Source of the DNA: Heterodontus francisci
Taxonomy: Eukaryota
Direction: 5' to 3'
Assembly: GCF_036365525.1 (NCBI RefSeq)
Contig: NC_090399.1
Coordinates: 46,532,430 to 46,596,429, forward strand
DNA length: 64,000 bases
Of the stretch, positions 47,344 through 60,600 are shown in pieces; the stretch's first letter is position 1; each line of letters opens with the position of its first letter. Position numbers and translations under genes: made by a program. Under the pieces are notes generated by a model, which was not told the DNA's origin, searched no databases, and saw nothing but the letters and a program-made list of their open reading frames with translations.

Positions 47344-50300
47344 GAGCCACTGGGAGCTGGGAAAGAAGCTTCACTGTGAGCTGGATGGCGATCCTGAACG
47401 CAGCATCAGCCTGGAGGACACTGATATCCAGGAGGCCGTGCAGGCTGTGGGCTGGCTCACTCGCCAGGGTCGCAACACCCGCCGGACACCTCCCCCCCTT
47501 CCTCCCCCACCCCCTCCTCCCTCGCACCCCCTTCCCCCACCCTCTGCACCCCCTTCCCCCACCCCCTCCCCCTCACACCCCCTTCCCAGCTCACACCCCG
47601 CATCCCCTTCCCCCCATCCCTTCCCCTCTGCACCCCCTTCCTCCACCCACTGCACCCCCTTCCCAGCTCCGCCCTTGCACCCCATTACCCCCACCTCCTC
47701 CCCCCACACCCCCTTCCTCTGCACCCCCTCCCCTCCCCCCTGTATCCCCCCTTCCCAGCTCCACCTCCCCCCACACCCTTCCCACTCGCACCTCTTCTCC
47801 CCCAACCCCTTCCCCCACTCCCTCTCCCAGCTTCCCCCGCATCCCCTTCCCCCCACACCCCGTCCCCCCTTCCCTCTCCATCCATGAAATCACACAGCTT
47901 ACCTGTTCAGGCCCCTGCTCAGGGATAGGAGCTAGCAACCCCACTGCATTGTGGGCATCTCGGGAGAGACCAAGGCTAAGGGAGTAAACACGAAAAGAAA
48001 ATCAGGAGTGGAACCCCGAAGGCAGTCATGTGTCACCTTTGGCATGTTTCCGGCAGTTCCTGCTGCCATACTGGTGCTCTGTACTTCTTTGGACCCCACC
48101 AGCAAGGCAGTGTGGAAGGTTTTGAAGCTTGAGCAACTCACAACCTCCATAGATCCGCCCAAGCATGCGCTATGGAGAGGTCACTCCATAGTCGCCTCAC
48201 AGCGACCAAAACAACATGGAAGGCAGCAGTTATGGGTAATAAGTCCAGCTCAATTACCATAGAGATTGGGTGCCACAGGTTGTCTTTGTCAGTGGGAGAG
48301 GTCATCGCATCTCACTGGACAGCTACTGCCCGCCTCAAACCGAGCAGCTCCCGGTCAGTAAGGTTCTGTCCCACCACAGTCCACCTGCTTCAATGGGTGC
48401 TTGGATCTCAGGGTCATTGCCTGACAAGTGGACTGTAACACCGCACCAAACAGCACGAAAAAGGAAAGATGGTACCAGCCCTTCGTTTTGCAAGCTGGAA
48501 AGTCAGAACTATGTGTCCTGGCCTGTCGGAAGACCTTACACAAATCAATGATTCTCAGAAGACCACCATCATTAACAACGAACTCAGTAGACTCAATGTG
48601 AACACTGCAGCACTTCAGGAGACTCGCCTCCCTGCGAGCGGATCTCTAAGAGAGCAAGAATACACCTACTTCTGGCAGGGTAGGGATCCTGAAGAACCAA
48701 GACAGCATGGAGTGGGCTTCGCCATCAGAAAATCTTTGCTCAACATGATAGAGCCACCTTCAAATGGCTCGGAATGCATACTGTCCATCTGACTGTTCAC
48801 CGCCACTGGTCCAGTACACCTACTCAGCATCTATGCTCCAACACTCTGCTCCCCACCTGAAGCTAAAGACCAGTTATACGAGGAACTCCATAATATCATT
48901 AGTACCATCCCCAATACCGAACACCTGATCCTGCTGGGAGACTTTAATGCCAGGGTTGGGGCCGACCATGACTCAAGGCCCTCCTGCCTTGGGCGCTATG
49001 GCATTGGAAGGATGAATGAGAATGGACAGAGACTGCTGGAGTTGTGTACCTATCATAACCTCTCCATCACCAACTCGTTCTTTCATCCTAAACCCTGTCA
49101 CCAGGTTTTCTGGAGACACCCAGCTGGACCTCATCATCACAAGGCGAGCCTCTATAAACAGTGTCCAAATCACACGCAGCTTCCACAGTGCGGACTGCAA
49201 CACCGACCACTCCCTGGTGTGTAGCAAGGTTAGACTCAAACCAAAGAAGCTGCATCACTCCAAGCAGAAGGGCCGCCCGCGCATTGACACTGACAGAATT
49301 TCTTATCCACAGCTGTTACATAAGTTTCTAAATTCACTTGAAAAAGCCCTTCAAAACACTCCTACAGGGGATGCAGAGACCAAGTGGGCCCACATCAGAG
49401 ACGCCATCTATGACTCAGCAATGACCACCTATGGCAAACGTGAGAAGCGGAATGCAGACTAATTTCAATCACACTTTGAAGAGCTGGAACCTGCAATGGC
49501 CACTAAGCGCACTGCACTGTTGAAATACAAGAAAGCCCCCAGTGAGTTAACATCCATAGCACTTAAAGCAGCCAGTACACTGCACAAAGAACAGCCAGGC
49601 GCTGTGCAAATGACTACTGGCAACATCTATGCAGTCGTATTCAGCTGGCCTCTGACACCGGAAACATCAGAGGAATGTACGATGGCATTAAGAGAGCTTT
49701 TGGACCAACTATCAAGAAGATCGCCCCCCTCAAATCTAAATCGGGGACACAATCACTGACCAACGCAAGCAAATGGACCGCTGGGTGGAGCACTACCTAG
49801 AACTGTACTCCAGGGAAAATGTTGTCACTGATACCACCCTCAATGCAGCCCAGTCCCTGCCAGTCATGAATGAGCTGGACGAACAGCCAACAAAATCGGA
49901 ACTCAGTGAAGCCATTGATTCTCTAGCCAGTGGAAAAGCCCCTGGGAAGGACGGCATTACTCCTGAAATAATCAAGAGTGCCAAGCCTGCTATACTTTCA
50001 GCACTCCATGAACTGCTTTGCTTGTGCTGGGATAAGGGAGCAGTATCACAGGACATGCGCAATGCCAATATCATCACCCTCTCTCAGAACAAGGGTGACC
50101 ACGGTGACTGCAACAACTACCGTGGAATCTCCCTGCTCAGCATAGTGGGGAAAGTCTTCGCTCGAGTAATTTTAAACAGGCTCCAGAGGCTGGCTAAGCA
50201 TGTCTACCCTGAGGCACAGTGTGGCTTTCGAGCAGAGAGATCCACCATTGACATGCTGTTCTCCCTTCGCCAGCTACAGGAGAAATGCCGTGAACAATAG

Positions 50301-51688
50301 ATGCCCCTCTACGTTGCTTTCATTGATCTCACCAAAGCTTTTGACCTCATCAGCAGACGTGGTCTCTTCAGACTACTAGCAAAGATCGGATGTCCACCAA
50401 AGTTACTAAGTATCATCACCTCATTCCATGATAATATGAAAGGCACAATTCAGCATAGCGGCGCCTCATCAGACCCCTTTCCTATCCTGAGTGGCATAAA
50501 ACAGGGCTGTGTTGTCGCACCTACACTGTTTGGGATCTTCTTCTCCCTGCTGCTCTCACATGCGTTCAAGTCTTCAGAAGAAAGAATTTTCCTCCACACA
50601 AGATCAGTCGGCAGGTTGTTCAACCTTGCCCGTCTAAGAGTGAAGACCAAAGTATGGAAAATCCTCATCAGGGAACTCCTTTTTGCTGACGATGCTGCAT
50701 TAAGATCTCACACTGAAGAGTGTCTGCAGAGGCTCATTGACAGGATTGCGGCTGCCTGCAAAGAATTTGGCCTAACCATCAGCCTCAAGGAAACAAACAT
50801 CATGGAACAGGACGTCAGAAATGCCCCATCCATCAATATTCGCGACCATGCTCTGGAAGTGGTTCAAGAGTTCACCTACCTAGGCTCCACTATCACCAGT
50901 AACCTGTCTCTCGATGCAGAAATCAATGAGCGCATGGGAAAGGCTTCCACTGCTATGTCCAGACTGGCCAAGAGGGTGTGGGAAAATGGCGCACTGACAC
51001 GGAGCACAAAAGTCCGAGTGTATCAAGCCTGTGTCCTCAGTACCTTGCTCTACGGCAGCAAGGCCTGGACAATGCATGTCAGCCAAGAGCGACGTCTCAA
51101 TTCATTCCATCTTCGCTGCCTCTGGAGAATCCTTGGCATCAGGTGGAAGGACTGTATCTCCAGCATAGAAGTCCTCGAGGCAGCTAACATCCCCAGCATA
51201 TACACCCTACTGAGCCAGCGGCGCTTGTGATGGCTTGGCATGTGAGTCACATGGAAGATGGCAGGATCCCCAAGGACACTTTGTACAGTAAGCTCGTCAC
51301 TGGTATCAGACCCGCTGGCCGTCCGTGTCTCCTCTTTAAAGATGTCTGCAAACGCGCCATGAAGTCCTGTGACATTGACTGCAAGTCATGGGAGTCAGGT
51401 GCCAGTGATCGCCAGAGCTGGCGGACAACCATAAAGGCGGGGTTAAAGAGTGGCGAGATGAAGAGACTTAGCTGTTGGTCAGAAAAAAGTGTGAAGCGCA
51501 AGGAGAGAGCCAACTGTGTAACAGCCCCGACAACCAATTTTATCTGCAGTGCCTGTGGAAGAGTCTGTCACTCTTGAATTCACCTTTATAGCCACTCCAG
51601 GTGCTGCTCCACAAACCACTGACCACCTCCAGGTGCTTACCCATTGTCTCTCGAGGCAAGGAGGCCAAAGAAGAAGAAGAAGATGAAG
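47344..51688 (+). mobile_element. Second RTE copy, decayed (stops and frameshifts), inserted in the Gypsy gag zinc knuckle
   Basis: Collinear with copy 1; 10-bp TSD ATTACAGTGG (47334-47343 / 51689-51698); (GAA)n tail. Confidence 0.95.
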
Positions 51689-53278
51689 ATTACAGTGGAA
51701 GCACACAGGTCTCCGAGTCTCACTCATACCTACAGCACTATCCTTTTTGGCTGGAGGAGGGCTCTCTGTGTCTCCTGCTTTTCCTTCTCTCACAGGACAG
51801 GACTGCTTGGGCTTCTATCTCCTTCCCACCCTTTGTCCTTTTCGGATTTGTGGGGCTGATTACGAAATGTTTTCCCTGGCTAACCGACTTATAAATGAGA
51901 GCAGACTCATCAGCCAGAACTGTGGCTTTCTGGGCTCTATGAACCTTCTGTTCCTCTACATGTATCTTTATGGAGAGTGGGAAAGAATATTAAAATTCCT
52001 TGAGCAAAATTATCGCTGAGGTCCGCTTTAAAAACCCTCAGCCCCTGGTCAAAAGCCAGCTGCTTATTTCTCTCAAATGCCAGGTAAGTTTGATAGTTCT
52101 GAACTTTTGGTGATAGGCTTTCGGTACTAACTCATTTGCCCTGAAGATAGCATTTTTTGTCAGTTTATAATTGGATAAACTCTCATCTGGTAACAGGGAA
52201 TAAACGTCATGAGCTTTTTCTGTCAGCTTGCTTTGTAGCAACAGAGTCCAAGTCTCAGCTGGCCGCTTTAACTGCCTTGCCAGTTTTTGAAATGATACAA
52301 AAAATGCTTCCATGTGTCCCTCACTGGATTTTGGAATTAATTGGGAAAGTTTTAACAGTTCTGTACCTAGGCCTGCATTACAATCCTCCATATTGGCCGT
52401 GCTTTTACTGGGTTATTCTGTGATCCCTAGTTAACTCAAGCCGCCTCAGCTCTTTCCCTTCACATTCCTTATGGAAGACTCTCTCTCTCTTTCCTCTCTC
52501 TTTTTCTTGACGTTCCTTTTGAAAGGTTCTTTCTCTCTCTCCTCTCACTTTTCTTTCTCCTGTCTCAGTTTCTCTCTGTCCGACCTCTCTCTTTCCCTTT
52601 CTCTTTCCTCACTTTCATTCTGAAAGGCTCTTTCTTTCACTTGTCTCCCTCTTTCTCGTTCTTCAAATTCAAGTTTCCTCTATTCCAATGGTATCTTTGC
52701 TCGCAATACCCTGTCAGAGTCTATTTCTAACTCTGTTTCTGCTTCTTCAGATTCAAGGGAAAAATGGTTGGTCAGTAGTCTTAGGTGTTCAGACTTTCTA
52801 GCCTTGATGCGGTCAGTGATCCCACACTGCTCAGCCATTTTTCTCAACTCCTCCGAAGACAGTGCTTTTAACTTATCCCAAGTGATATCACCCTGGCTTG
52901 GGGCACTAAAGGCTTCAGTCGTAGACACATTAATATTCTAGCACACACAACCACAAAAAAACCTGTATTGAAATCTTTTCTCTTTTTAAAAAAAAAATGG
53001 GATCAATTTTACTTCCCACTTCCAATTTCCTTGTTGTCTGTGGTCCAATCTGGGATGCTCGCCCCCAAATTTCTGTTACGATCAGGTGAGGAAGGGGTCT
53101 GGGGGCTTCCCTCTCAGCCTTTGCCTGTTTTAACCATAACATGGTATAATTTGAAAGACACTGTGATTTTAGTGCCCCCTCAGTGAATTCTTGCTCACTC
53201 CTCTCCAATTGTAAGGCAGAGAAATCAACCAGACAGGTTTTCTTAGATTTAAACAAGAAAGGCGGAAGTTTATTAACC

Positions 53279-53861
53279 TGTTGGATCCCATTAATTGCAC
53301 AAAGAGAGACGAAGTCCAACTGTAGCTTTAAGAAACTTTATTGCAGTACTTCTTGGTTACATCATCAGCAAAGCAAATTACAACAACACCTTTGCCTCCA
53401 CCTTTCTCCTCCGTGGTGGTGCAAGGAAATCAAGCCTTTCTTATAGTTCTTCATACACATCAGTGACACCCCCTTTAAGTTCCCAATTGGTTTACAAACT
53501 CTGCAGTTTCTTGGTGTCAGGGCCTGATTGGGGTCCTGCCTTGTCAATGTGTTTTTAACTCCTTACTTCATCTTCTCATGGCTCTTATCTGTTTTTGAAC
53601 TGTAGTACAATAGGCTTTTATACAGCTGTCCTATGAATCTTGCTTGCTAGTCTACTCCTACTGATAAGCTGTCTGTGCATCCCTGAAGCTATGAAGTCAT
53701 TCTGATAAGCTGTCCCTACAGCACTGAAAGAACTACTATTAATTTCTGATAAGCTGCATGCTGAAGCTCTAAAAGTTAGTTTGTTAGTAGTACATGATTG
53801 ATTAATTATTTCACCTTAAATGTCCCCATGTTATTCTGTTCTCGAAAATTCTGTTCTCACA
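53279..53861 (-). repeat. ERV 3' LTR (583 bp), with PPT AAAGGGGGGAT at ~53862-53872
   Basis: TG..CA termini; minus-strand TATAAAA near 53615 and AATAAA near 53340. Confidence 0.96.
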
Positions 53862-53977
53862 ATCCCCCCTTTGATTCTTCAAAACACTTTTAAGAATCAT
53901 TCCCTTTATCCCACCTGGGTGCCTTTAATGGTCTCTACTAGTCTAGAAACAGCCTTAAACACCCGAAGGGGTCACAC

Positions 53978-55241
53978 TCAATACGTTGCCTGCTTGTGCC
54001 ACAGGAGGGGCCCGCGGGAGCTCTGTAAAGGCATAAGTTTTGCAGGGGCTTCAGTTACTTGTTTACAACAACACTTAATAAGCAAAAACGTCAAATACAG
54101 AATTACAATCATCACTAAAAATAAGACCAAGCCCTGTACCCTATCGAGCCCAGCCAACTGGTCGCCCAACCCCACAGGGTGGAAGCTGGGGATTGTTTTA
54201 GCTTTTCCATCTCCTTTCGGATGTGTGCTGCCAGATCAGAAATTTCTTCGGAGCTATCCGGAATGTAAGTACAGCACTCGGGTCCTATCAGGGCACATGT
54301 ACCCCCCTTTTCTGCTAGGACGAAATCTAAGGCCATTCGGTTTTGGAGTGCTACGGTGCAGATAGCTACCATTTCTGCATTTATTTTATCAAGGGCTTTG
54401 GCGGTGTCATTGGCCACTTTTTCTAGGACCGAAGCAATATTGATGAATCCCCTGGCTAACTTATCAGTCCCATACCACGGGACCATGATTGAGAAAAATC
54501 TCTCAGACTCCATGATTGCTCGTTTCTTTCTTTGTCCCTGAGGTGGCTCATACAGGGAGGTCAAATGATGGATATAGGGTGTAACATAACCTAAGTAGCA
54601 TGATCCTGTCCAGAATTGCTCTAACCAGGGATAGGCTTTGTTGCCGCAAATAAAATAAGTACCGTTGTTGGCAATGGGGTTTCTAGCTGTTTCGGGGTCC
54701 ACCTGCCGGGTGGCGTCCCGATCCTTTAGTTCTTCAAGGTCCTGCAGGAGAATAGATTTAGCGCCTGGAGTCACATTGAAATAGTGGGAGCAGTTACTTC
54801 GTCCCATTTCTCGTCCACCTTTTTGTTCTCTAACTAGGCATTTGAATCCCTGTGGTCTTCCCACGCCTGAGGTGTTAGTAAGGACCAAGAATGGAGGTTC
54901 TCGGGTCCGATTGTAATGGGGCCAAACCACCCCATGAAGGCTCGTCTGTTCCGAGACCCTCTTGCGATCCATTCGGCCGACTCTGATGCATTAAACGGAA
55001 TGGGACGTAAGGGGATGCCTCCCCTGGAGTGGATAGGCACGTGTGCACATATCCAACGGCGGGAGATGTTAGCTTCTTTGGCATAAGTATAGGTCATGTA
55101 AAGGAAAGAGTTAACATGTAATTCTCTGAACACTCGATTAGTTTCCCCATGTGGATAGGTTTGGTTAGACAAAAATGAGCAACTACTTAAAATACTTGCA
55201 AAGAAGATAATAGAAATTTTAAAGATGGCAGCAATTAACAA
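53978..55241 (-). pseudogene. env: ERV env (gamma-type), frameshifted
   Basis: Signal peptide, degenerate CWIC (RWIC), furin site RKKR, ISD LQNRMALDFVLAEKGGTCALIGPECC (CX6CC), TM helix. Confidence 0.93.
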
Positions 55242-55249
55242 TTCAGCGT

Positions 55250-58200
55250 TTAATCACGGGTCGCTCGTTTTACGTGAGAGGCTTGTATCCGGGCTTTCTT
55301 TCCTTCGACTTTAACTGCTGACTGGGTGGTCAGCAGCACTTGGAAAGGTCCCTCCCACTTGGCGCCCAAAGGTACTTTGTGTATTTTCTTCATGCAGACC
55401 CAGATTCCCAGGACGATGTCGTGCCCTCCTTCTGGTGGGTCACCCCAAGCTGCCGATACCTGTGAGGAAGCAGAACTGACAGCATTTGTTAAGTTCTGGC
55501 TATATTCTAGTAAAGCATCACTCATAAAGTGACTACCAGCTTTACGCAGATCAATTGTTCCCGGTAAAGACATGGGTCTCCTGTTATTACTTCAAATGGG
55601 CTCAAGCCTGTAGTTCTGTTCGGGATCGCTCTGAAACTACACAGAACTATCGGCAACGCCTGAGGCCACTTTATTCCTTCCTGGTGATACTTGGATAGTC
55701 GCTGCTTTAGCGTCTGATTCATTCGTTCCACTTGGCCTGATGACTGGGGATGATGAGGACAATGTAAATCCCATGTAATGTTCAGTAGGCGACTGACTTC
55801 CTGACAGACCGCGCCTGTGAAATGAGTTCCTTGGTCAGAATCAATGCTGACCGGTACTCCCCATCTGGGGATGTAATCCTTCGCGGTGTGATTGGCCATG
55901 GCTTTTCTAGCTGGGATGGCCTCTACCCATCTAGAAAATTTGTCGACGATGACTAAAATGCCGGTGTATCCCTGACAAGGTGGGAGAGTGATATAGTCAA
56001 CTTGTAAGCACTGGAATGGGCCGGCTTAAGCAGGGGCTCTTAGTTGAGGCATTATCGTAGTGGGTCCTGGATTGTTTTCCTGACAGACCACACAGCAGTC
56101 AGCTACCAGCTGTGTGTGTTTTTTAAACCCTCGACCCCACCAGCTGTTCTGGAACCGTGCAGTCATCTGTTGCGGGGCCAGGTGTCCCCAGGAGTGAATT
56201 TGTTGGGATAAAAAGGGCATCAGCGCCTGTGGTGCGACGGGTTTCTCAGTGTCCCTTTGTCTCCAGATGCCTCGTCACATATCTTCATCCCTGCTTCTAT
56301 CCAGGTCCATTTTTCATCTTTGGAACATTCACTCTGCATCACTTGTAGGTCTTGTGTCAGACGGGACGTATTCAGTTTACATATTTGCGTCCGTGCATCC
56401 CGGGGATCACCTTGCGAGGCGGCTTCCTTGGCTGCCTTGTCGGCTAGGGCATTCCCCTTTGCCTCTAAGGTGTTGTCTTTCGTATGGGCTTTACATTTCA
56501 AAATGGATACCTTTTCTGGCAATTGCATCGCCTCCAGTAAGTCTCGGACCTCTTTCCCATTTCGAATAGGTGTACCAGCAGCAGTGAGAAATCCTCTTTT
56601 TCGCCACAACTGACCAAAGTCGTGAGCGACTCCAAAAGCATACCGTGAGTCGGTGTAAATATTAGCTGTCTTCCCCTCTGCTATTCGACATGCTTCCGAC
56701 AGGGCTCGCAGTTCGGCTTGTTGGGCCGATGTCCCTGAAGGCAGGCATCCCACTTCCACAACTTCATGTAAGGTTGTAACTGCCCATCCTGCTTTCCGTG
56801 TACCGTTGTCAACAAAGGATGAATCGTCTGTGAAAAGGATTAAATCTGGGTCGAGCAATGCTTCCTCTGCTGCTAGGATTACCTTCTCTGTTTCCTCCAT
56901 AATCTCCACACAATCATGTTCTTCTTCCTCCCTCTCTTCAGGCCACGGGAGCATAGTCGCCAGATTTACCGGGCTGGCCCGGACAATGTGGAGATTGGGA
57001 GTCTCTAGGACTGTTGTCCATCGGGTCCATCTAGCTGCTGTCACTTGGGATACTCGGTTCATAGATAGCAATGTGTGGACTGTGTGCGGACACTTAACAG
57101 TTAACTTTTGATCTAATACCAGACCTGCAGTAGCCATTACTGTTTGACATGTAGCTTCCATAGTTCTTAAACAACTGCCCCATCCTAGGGCGACGGTGTC
57201 CAGTCTTTTCAAATATTATCCAATAGGTCTCTGTTTGTCCCCATGTTCCTGTGTCAGTATGGCAGTCATATATCCCTCTTTTTCATGTACAAACAGGGTA
57301 AACGGTTTCCCGTTGTCGGGGATTCCCAGGGCTGGCGCTGAGCAAAGAGCCCTCTTTAAGTTTTCAAAAGCTTCTTGTTGTTCTTTGGTTAGGGTAACTG
57401 ATTCTTTAGAGGCCCGCTTTCCCTTTAGGAGATCGGTTAATGGTTGAGCCAGCTGTGTGTAGGAGTCGATCCAGTTTCTGTTGAAGTTACACAACCCCAA
57501 AAAGGACCTAAGCTCCTGGATAGTGGTGGGCAGTTTGGCAGCTCGAATGGTGGCGATTCTGTCCTGGGTGAGTTCTCTCTTTCCTTTCGAAATCTTTTGT
57601 CCCAGGTACACGACCTCTCCTTGTGCCATCTGCGCTTTGTCAATACTGGCCTTATGTCCTCTCTGATGAAGGTGGTCCAGCAGGGTACGCAGATCTTGTT
57701 TGTGTTGTTCTTCTGTCTCAGAGGCTAACAGGAGGTCGTCCATGTACTGAATGACCGTGGAGTACATGGAAGGTTACTCCCTCAAATGGTTTGGTAGGGC
57801 CATATGAAATACTGTGGGGCTGTTGTGGAAACCCTGCGGCAGGCGAGTCCAGGTGTACTGTTGTTGTTGTACAGTAAAGGCGAATCACGGTTGGACTTCG
57901 GGTGCCAGTGGCACCGACCAAAATCCATCGGCCATATCGATAACAGAGAAGCATTCGTGTTCTGGCTTCAGGGCATTGAATACCATAGAGGGGTCAGCTA
58001 CCAGAGGGGCCTTTTGATCAATACACTGGTTAGCCTTTCTATAGTCGACAGTAAGCCGCCAGGTCCCGTTTGATTTCAGTACTGGCCACACAGGGCTGTT
58101 TAAGGTACTGTGTGTTTTAACCAGCATGCCTCGCTCCTCTGGCTGTCTAATTACGGGTAGGATTCCTGCAATAGATGTTTGACTGATGGGATATTGTTTA

Positions 58201-58694
58201 GTACAGGGCGGAGCAGATCCTGTAAACGTTGCCGGTTCCATTTGAAGTAGCCCACAATCGTTCTTATCCTGGACCCATATTGGGTGCTCCCTCAGCTGCT
58301 CTTTCTTCAGACTTCTGATAGACCAAGTTACCTGGCCGCCTTTGAAACGCAACGAGGAGTTCAGCTGAGTGAGAACGTTCATACCGAGGAGTGCTTGGTC
58401 CACCGGACCTACCCAGACCGGTGTTATCAATTCGTGCGGACCAAGACTGATGCGTACGGGCTGGGTCCTCTTAATTACCAACCCATTGTCCCCAGCTGCG
58501 TCAGCTCTTTTAGTCTTACTGTCCATCGGTAGGGAGTTTCCGTATTGTTGAGGTAGACACATTAATTCAGCTCCAGTATCTAATAAGAAGTCAATGTCTT
58601 GATCGCCCACCCTCGCAGTTACATACAATCCATCTTTTCTATTTTCTACTAGCGCTAGGAGAGGTACCGAAAGGGCGAGGGAGGGCTCCTCTAG
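55250..58694 (-). pseudogene. pol: ERV pro-pol (protease, RT, tether, RNase H, integrase) with several stops and frameshifts
   Basis: LLDTGA; NSPVWPV..WRLTVDYR, LPQGFHNSP, YMDD; TSAQQAEL, YTDSRYAFG; HHCC, DSDQGTHF, SSGQVERMN, WEGPFQVLL. Confidence 0.95.
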
Positions 58695-60316
58695 TTTTTT
58701 GTCGCATCAATTAAGGAGGACATCTCCTTCTGTTGCTGGGGCGTCAACCATTTGAACTTCTCAAAGAGGTCGTTGGCATCAGTGGAGGGAGCTGGTTTGG
58801 GTGCCAGGTTGCGTCCTTGGCGTCCTCTTCCTTGTCCTCTCGCTCTACACGCCTTAGCCCAATGGCCTTCCTTCCCGCAGTTATAATAGGGACCGGGTCG
58901 CCTAACTTGCTCTTTGTCAGGTTCTTTCGGTACTGGATTCATCTGCACGGCTTGAAGCTTGACTCCCATATCCCTGTCCAGCTGAGCACATCTGTCTATT
59001 AACTCTGAGTATTTCACTCTTACCGCGTCCCACCCCGGTAGGGTGGCCTTCAGTATTTTAGACAGTTCTGGCTTTAGTCCATCAACAAAAGCAGATTTTA
59101 AGGGTCCAAAACCGGTGTCGTCCAGATCCTCTGGAGTAGGGTCTACGATCCCCAAGTATTCCACCCAGGTGGACCTAAACCGCTCTTCATGCTCCCACAC
59201 GTCCTCGGAGTTCTTCTGCTGACAGGATGCAACTTTGATCCAATCCGTTTTTACAGGACAAAACCCTCGCAACCACGTGTTAATCGCAACCCATCCAGCA
59301 TCAAGTAGCTGTTCATCTGCACCCAAAGCAATTTGGACCTCTCTCCTTAGCTTTCGACCCGCTCGCCCAGGCACCATTGCAGCTAGAATCTGTACCCCGT
59401 CCCATGGGTGGAGATCGTAAATTCCCTTCAATTGTTCCAGCTGCTCCCACATTTTCAGACCCCCTTTCTTCGGGTCAGGCAATCTTGTGGACCACTTGTC
59501 GATTTTCTCAGGGGAAGCCGGGACGTGTGTCCAGTACGCGTTGTGCTTGGCCGTGGTGACCTCGCTACCGTTCACAGTCTTCTTTTCCATCTTGACCTTA
59601 ATGCGTTTCTGTTTAAGGGGAGCTAGTCACGGAAATGGTAACCCATCATCATTGTCACTTTCTTCACTGGAAGACTCGGCTAGGCCTGCTTCACGCAGTT
59701 GTATCTTCCGTTGTTCCATTTGTAACGACTTCAAACTCGGATACAAGTTAGTTGGAGGTGGTAGTTGGCTGGGTTCGCAGAGCTGTCCCAGTTCCTTCGG
59801 TTGGGTTGTCTGCTGGTCTTGTAGTTGTTTTTTAAGCTCTTTAATTTCAATCTGTAGCCTTTCCGTTTCAGATTGTTTTTCGGCCACTAGCTTTTCCTTC
59901 GCAAGCTTTTCAATTTCTAACTGTTCCAATTTCAGTTTTTCCTTTGTCAGTTGTTCGCAGACCGCCTTCAATTGATCCTTTGCACTTGTTAGATCGCGAT
60001 CACATTGGGCTTGTCGCATAATCTCATAGCGTTGCCGAATCTGGCCCATTACGGCTAGGGACCATTGGGTCCGTTCTTTATCCTTTAAACGGGTTGTTTT
60101 TCCCCAGACTCTCTTTATATCTTCCAGGGACCACTGTCCCGTGGAGGTGCCATATTTTTGCCCAATTTCGGTGTATATTTTAGCCAGATTAAACTGTTGC
60201 TCTATATATTCTTTCAACTGCCGAAGTATTTCATCTTCGGGAACGTCAGGTGGGGCCCGCCCACCTTTGACAGCAGCTGGTAACTGTCGGTTGCCTTCGT
60301 CTGTCATCTTATCCAT
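58691..60316 (-). pseudogene. gag: ERV gag with one in-frame TGA at 59627-59629
   Basis: ORFs 59627-60316 and 58691-59590 share a frame; coiled coil, LYPSL, capsid-like region, knuckle YYNCGKEGHWAKAC with the first Cys lost. Confidence 0.9.
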
Positions 60317-60579
60317 TCAGGTAGGGAAGTAGGTCTCGAGCCGTCAGGCTTTTCGTCAAATAGGTATTTCGTCAAATACCGCCAAGTTAGACGTCTAGAA
60401 AGGGGGTCTCGAGCCGCACAAGAAAGGGTATTTCTGTCAAATACCGCCAGGTTCGGGATCGCGTGGCAGGGGACCGAAATTTAGACGATGACCAAGGACT
60501 TTTGACACAAAGAGGAGTCCTTACCTCTGGGGGCGCCGATAGGTCCGATGTCTGTGGCTTCAGTCTTTATCCTCCAGCG

Positions 60580-60597
60580 ATCCTGCCGACTACGCCA
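60580..60597 (-). promoter_or_regulatory. Primer binding site for tRNA-Ser
   Basis: TGGCGTAGTCGGCAGGAT is complementary to the vertebrate tRNA-Ser 3' end ATCCTGCCGACTACG-CCA and lies 3 nt from the 5' LTR. Confidence 0.92.
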
Positions 60598-60600
60598 AGT

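Noticed and set aside
47344-47490. Vague resemblance of the RTE 5' cargo to Harbinger transposase C-termini
   Set aside because: Too short and weak to support without a search
47322-47987. Proline-rich ORFs here and at 40553-40915 as an RTE ORF1
   Set aside because: Products of C-rich low-complexity tracts with non-homologous N-termini; not supportable as coding
53051-53073. Full tRNA-Pro PBS for the Gypsy element
   Set aside because: Only TGGGGGC matches; the primer cannot be assigned
53820-54365. 181-aa antisense ORF over env and the 3' LTR edge
   Set aside because: No recognisable motif; cannot be told from chance without checking other copies
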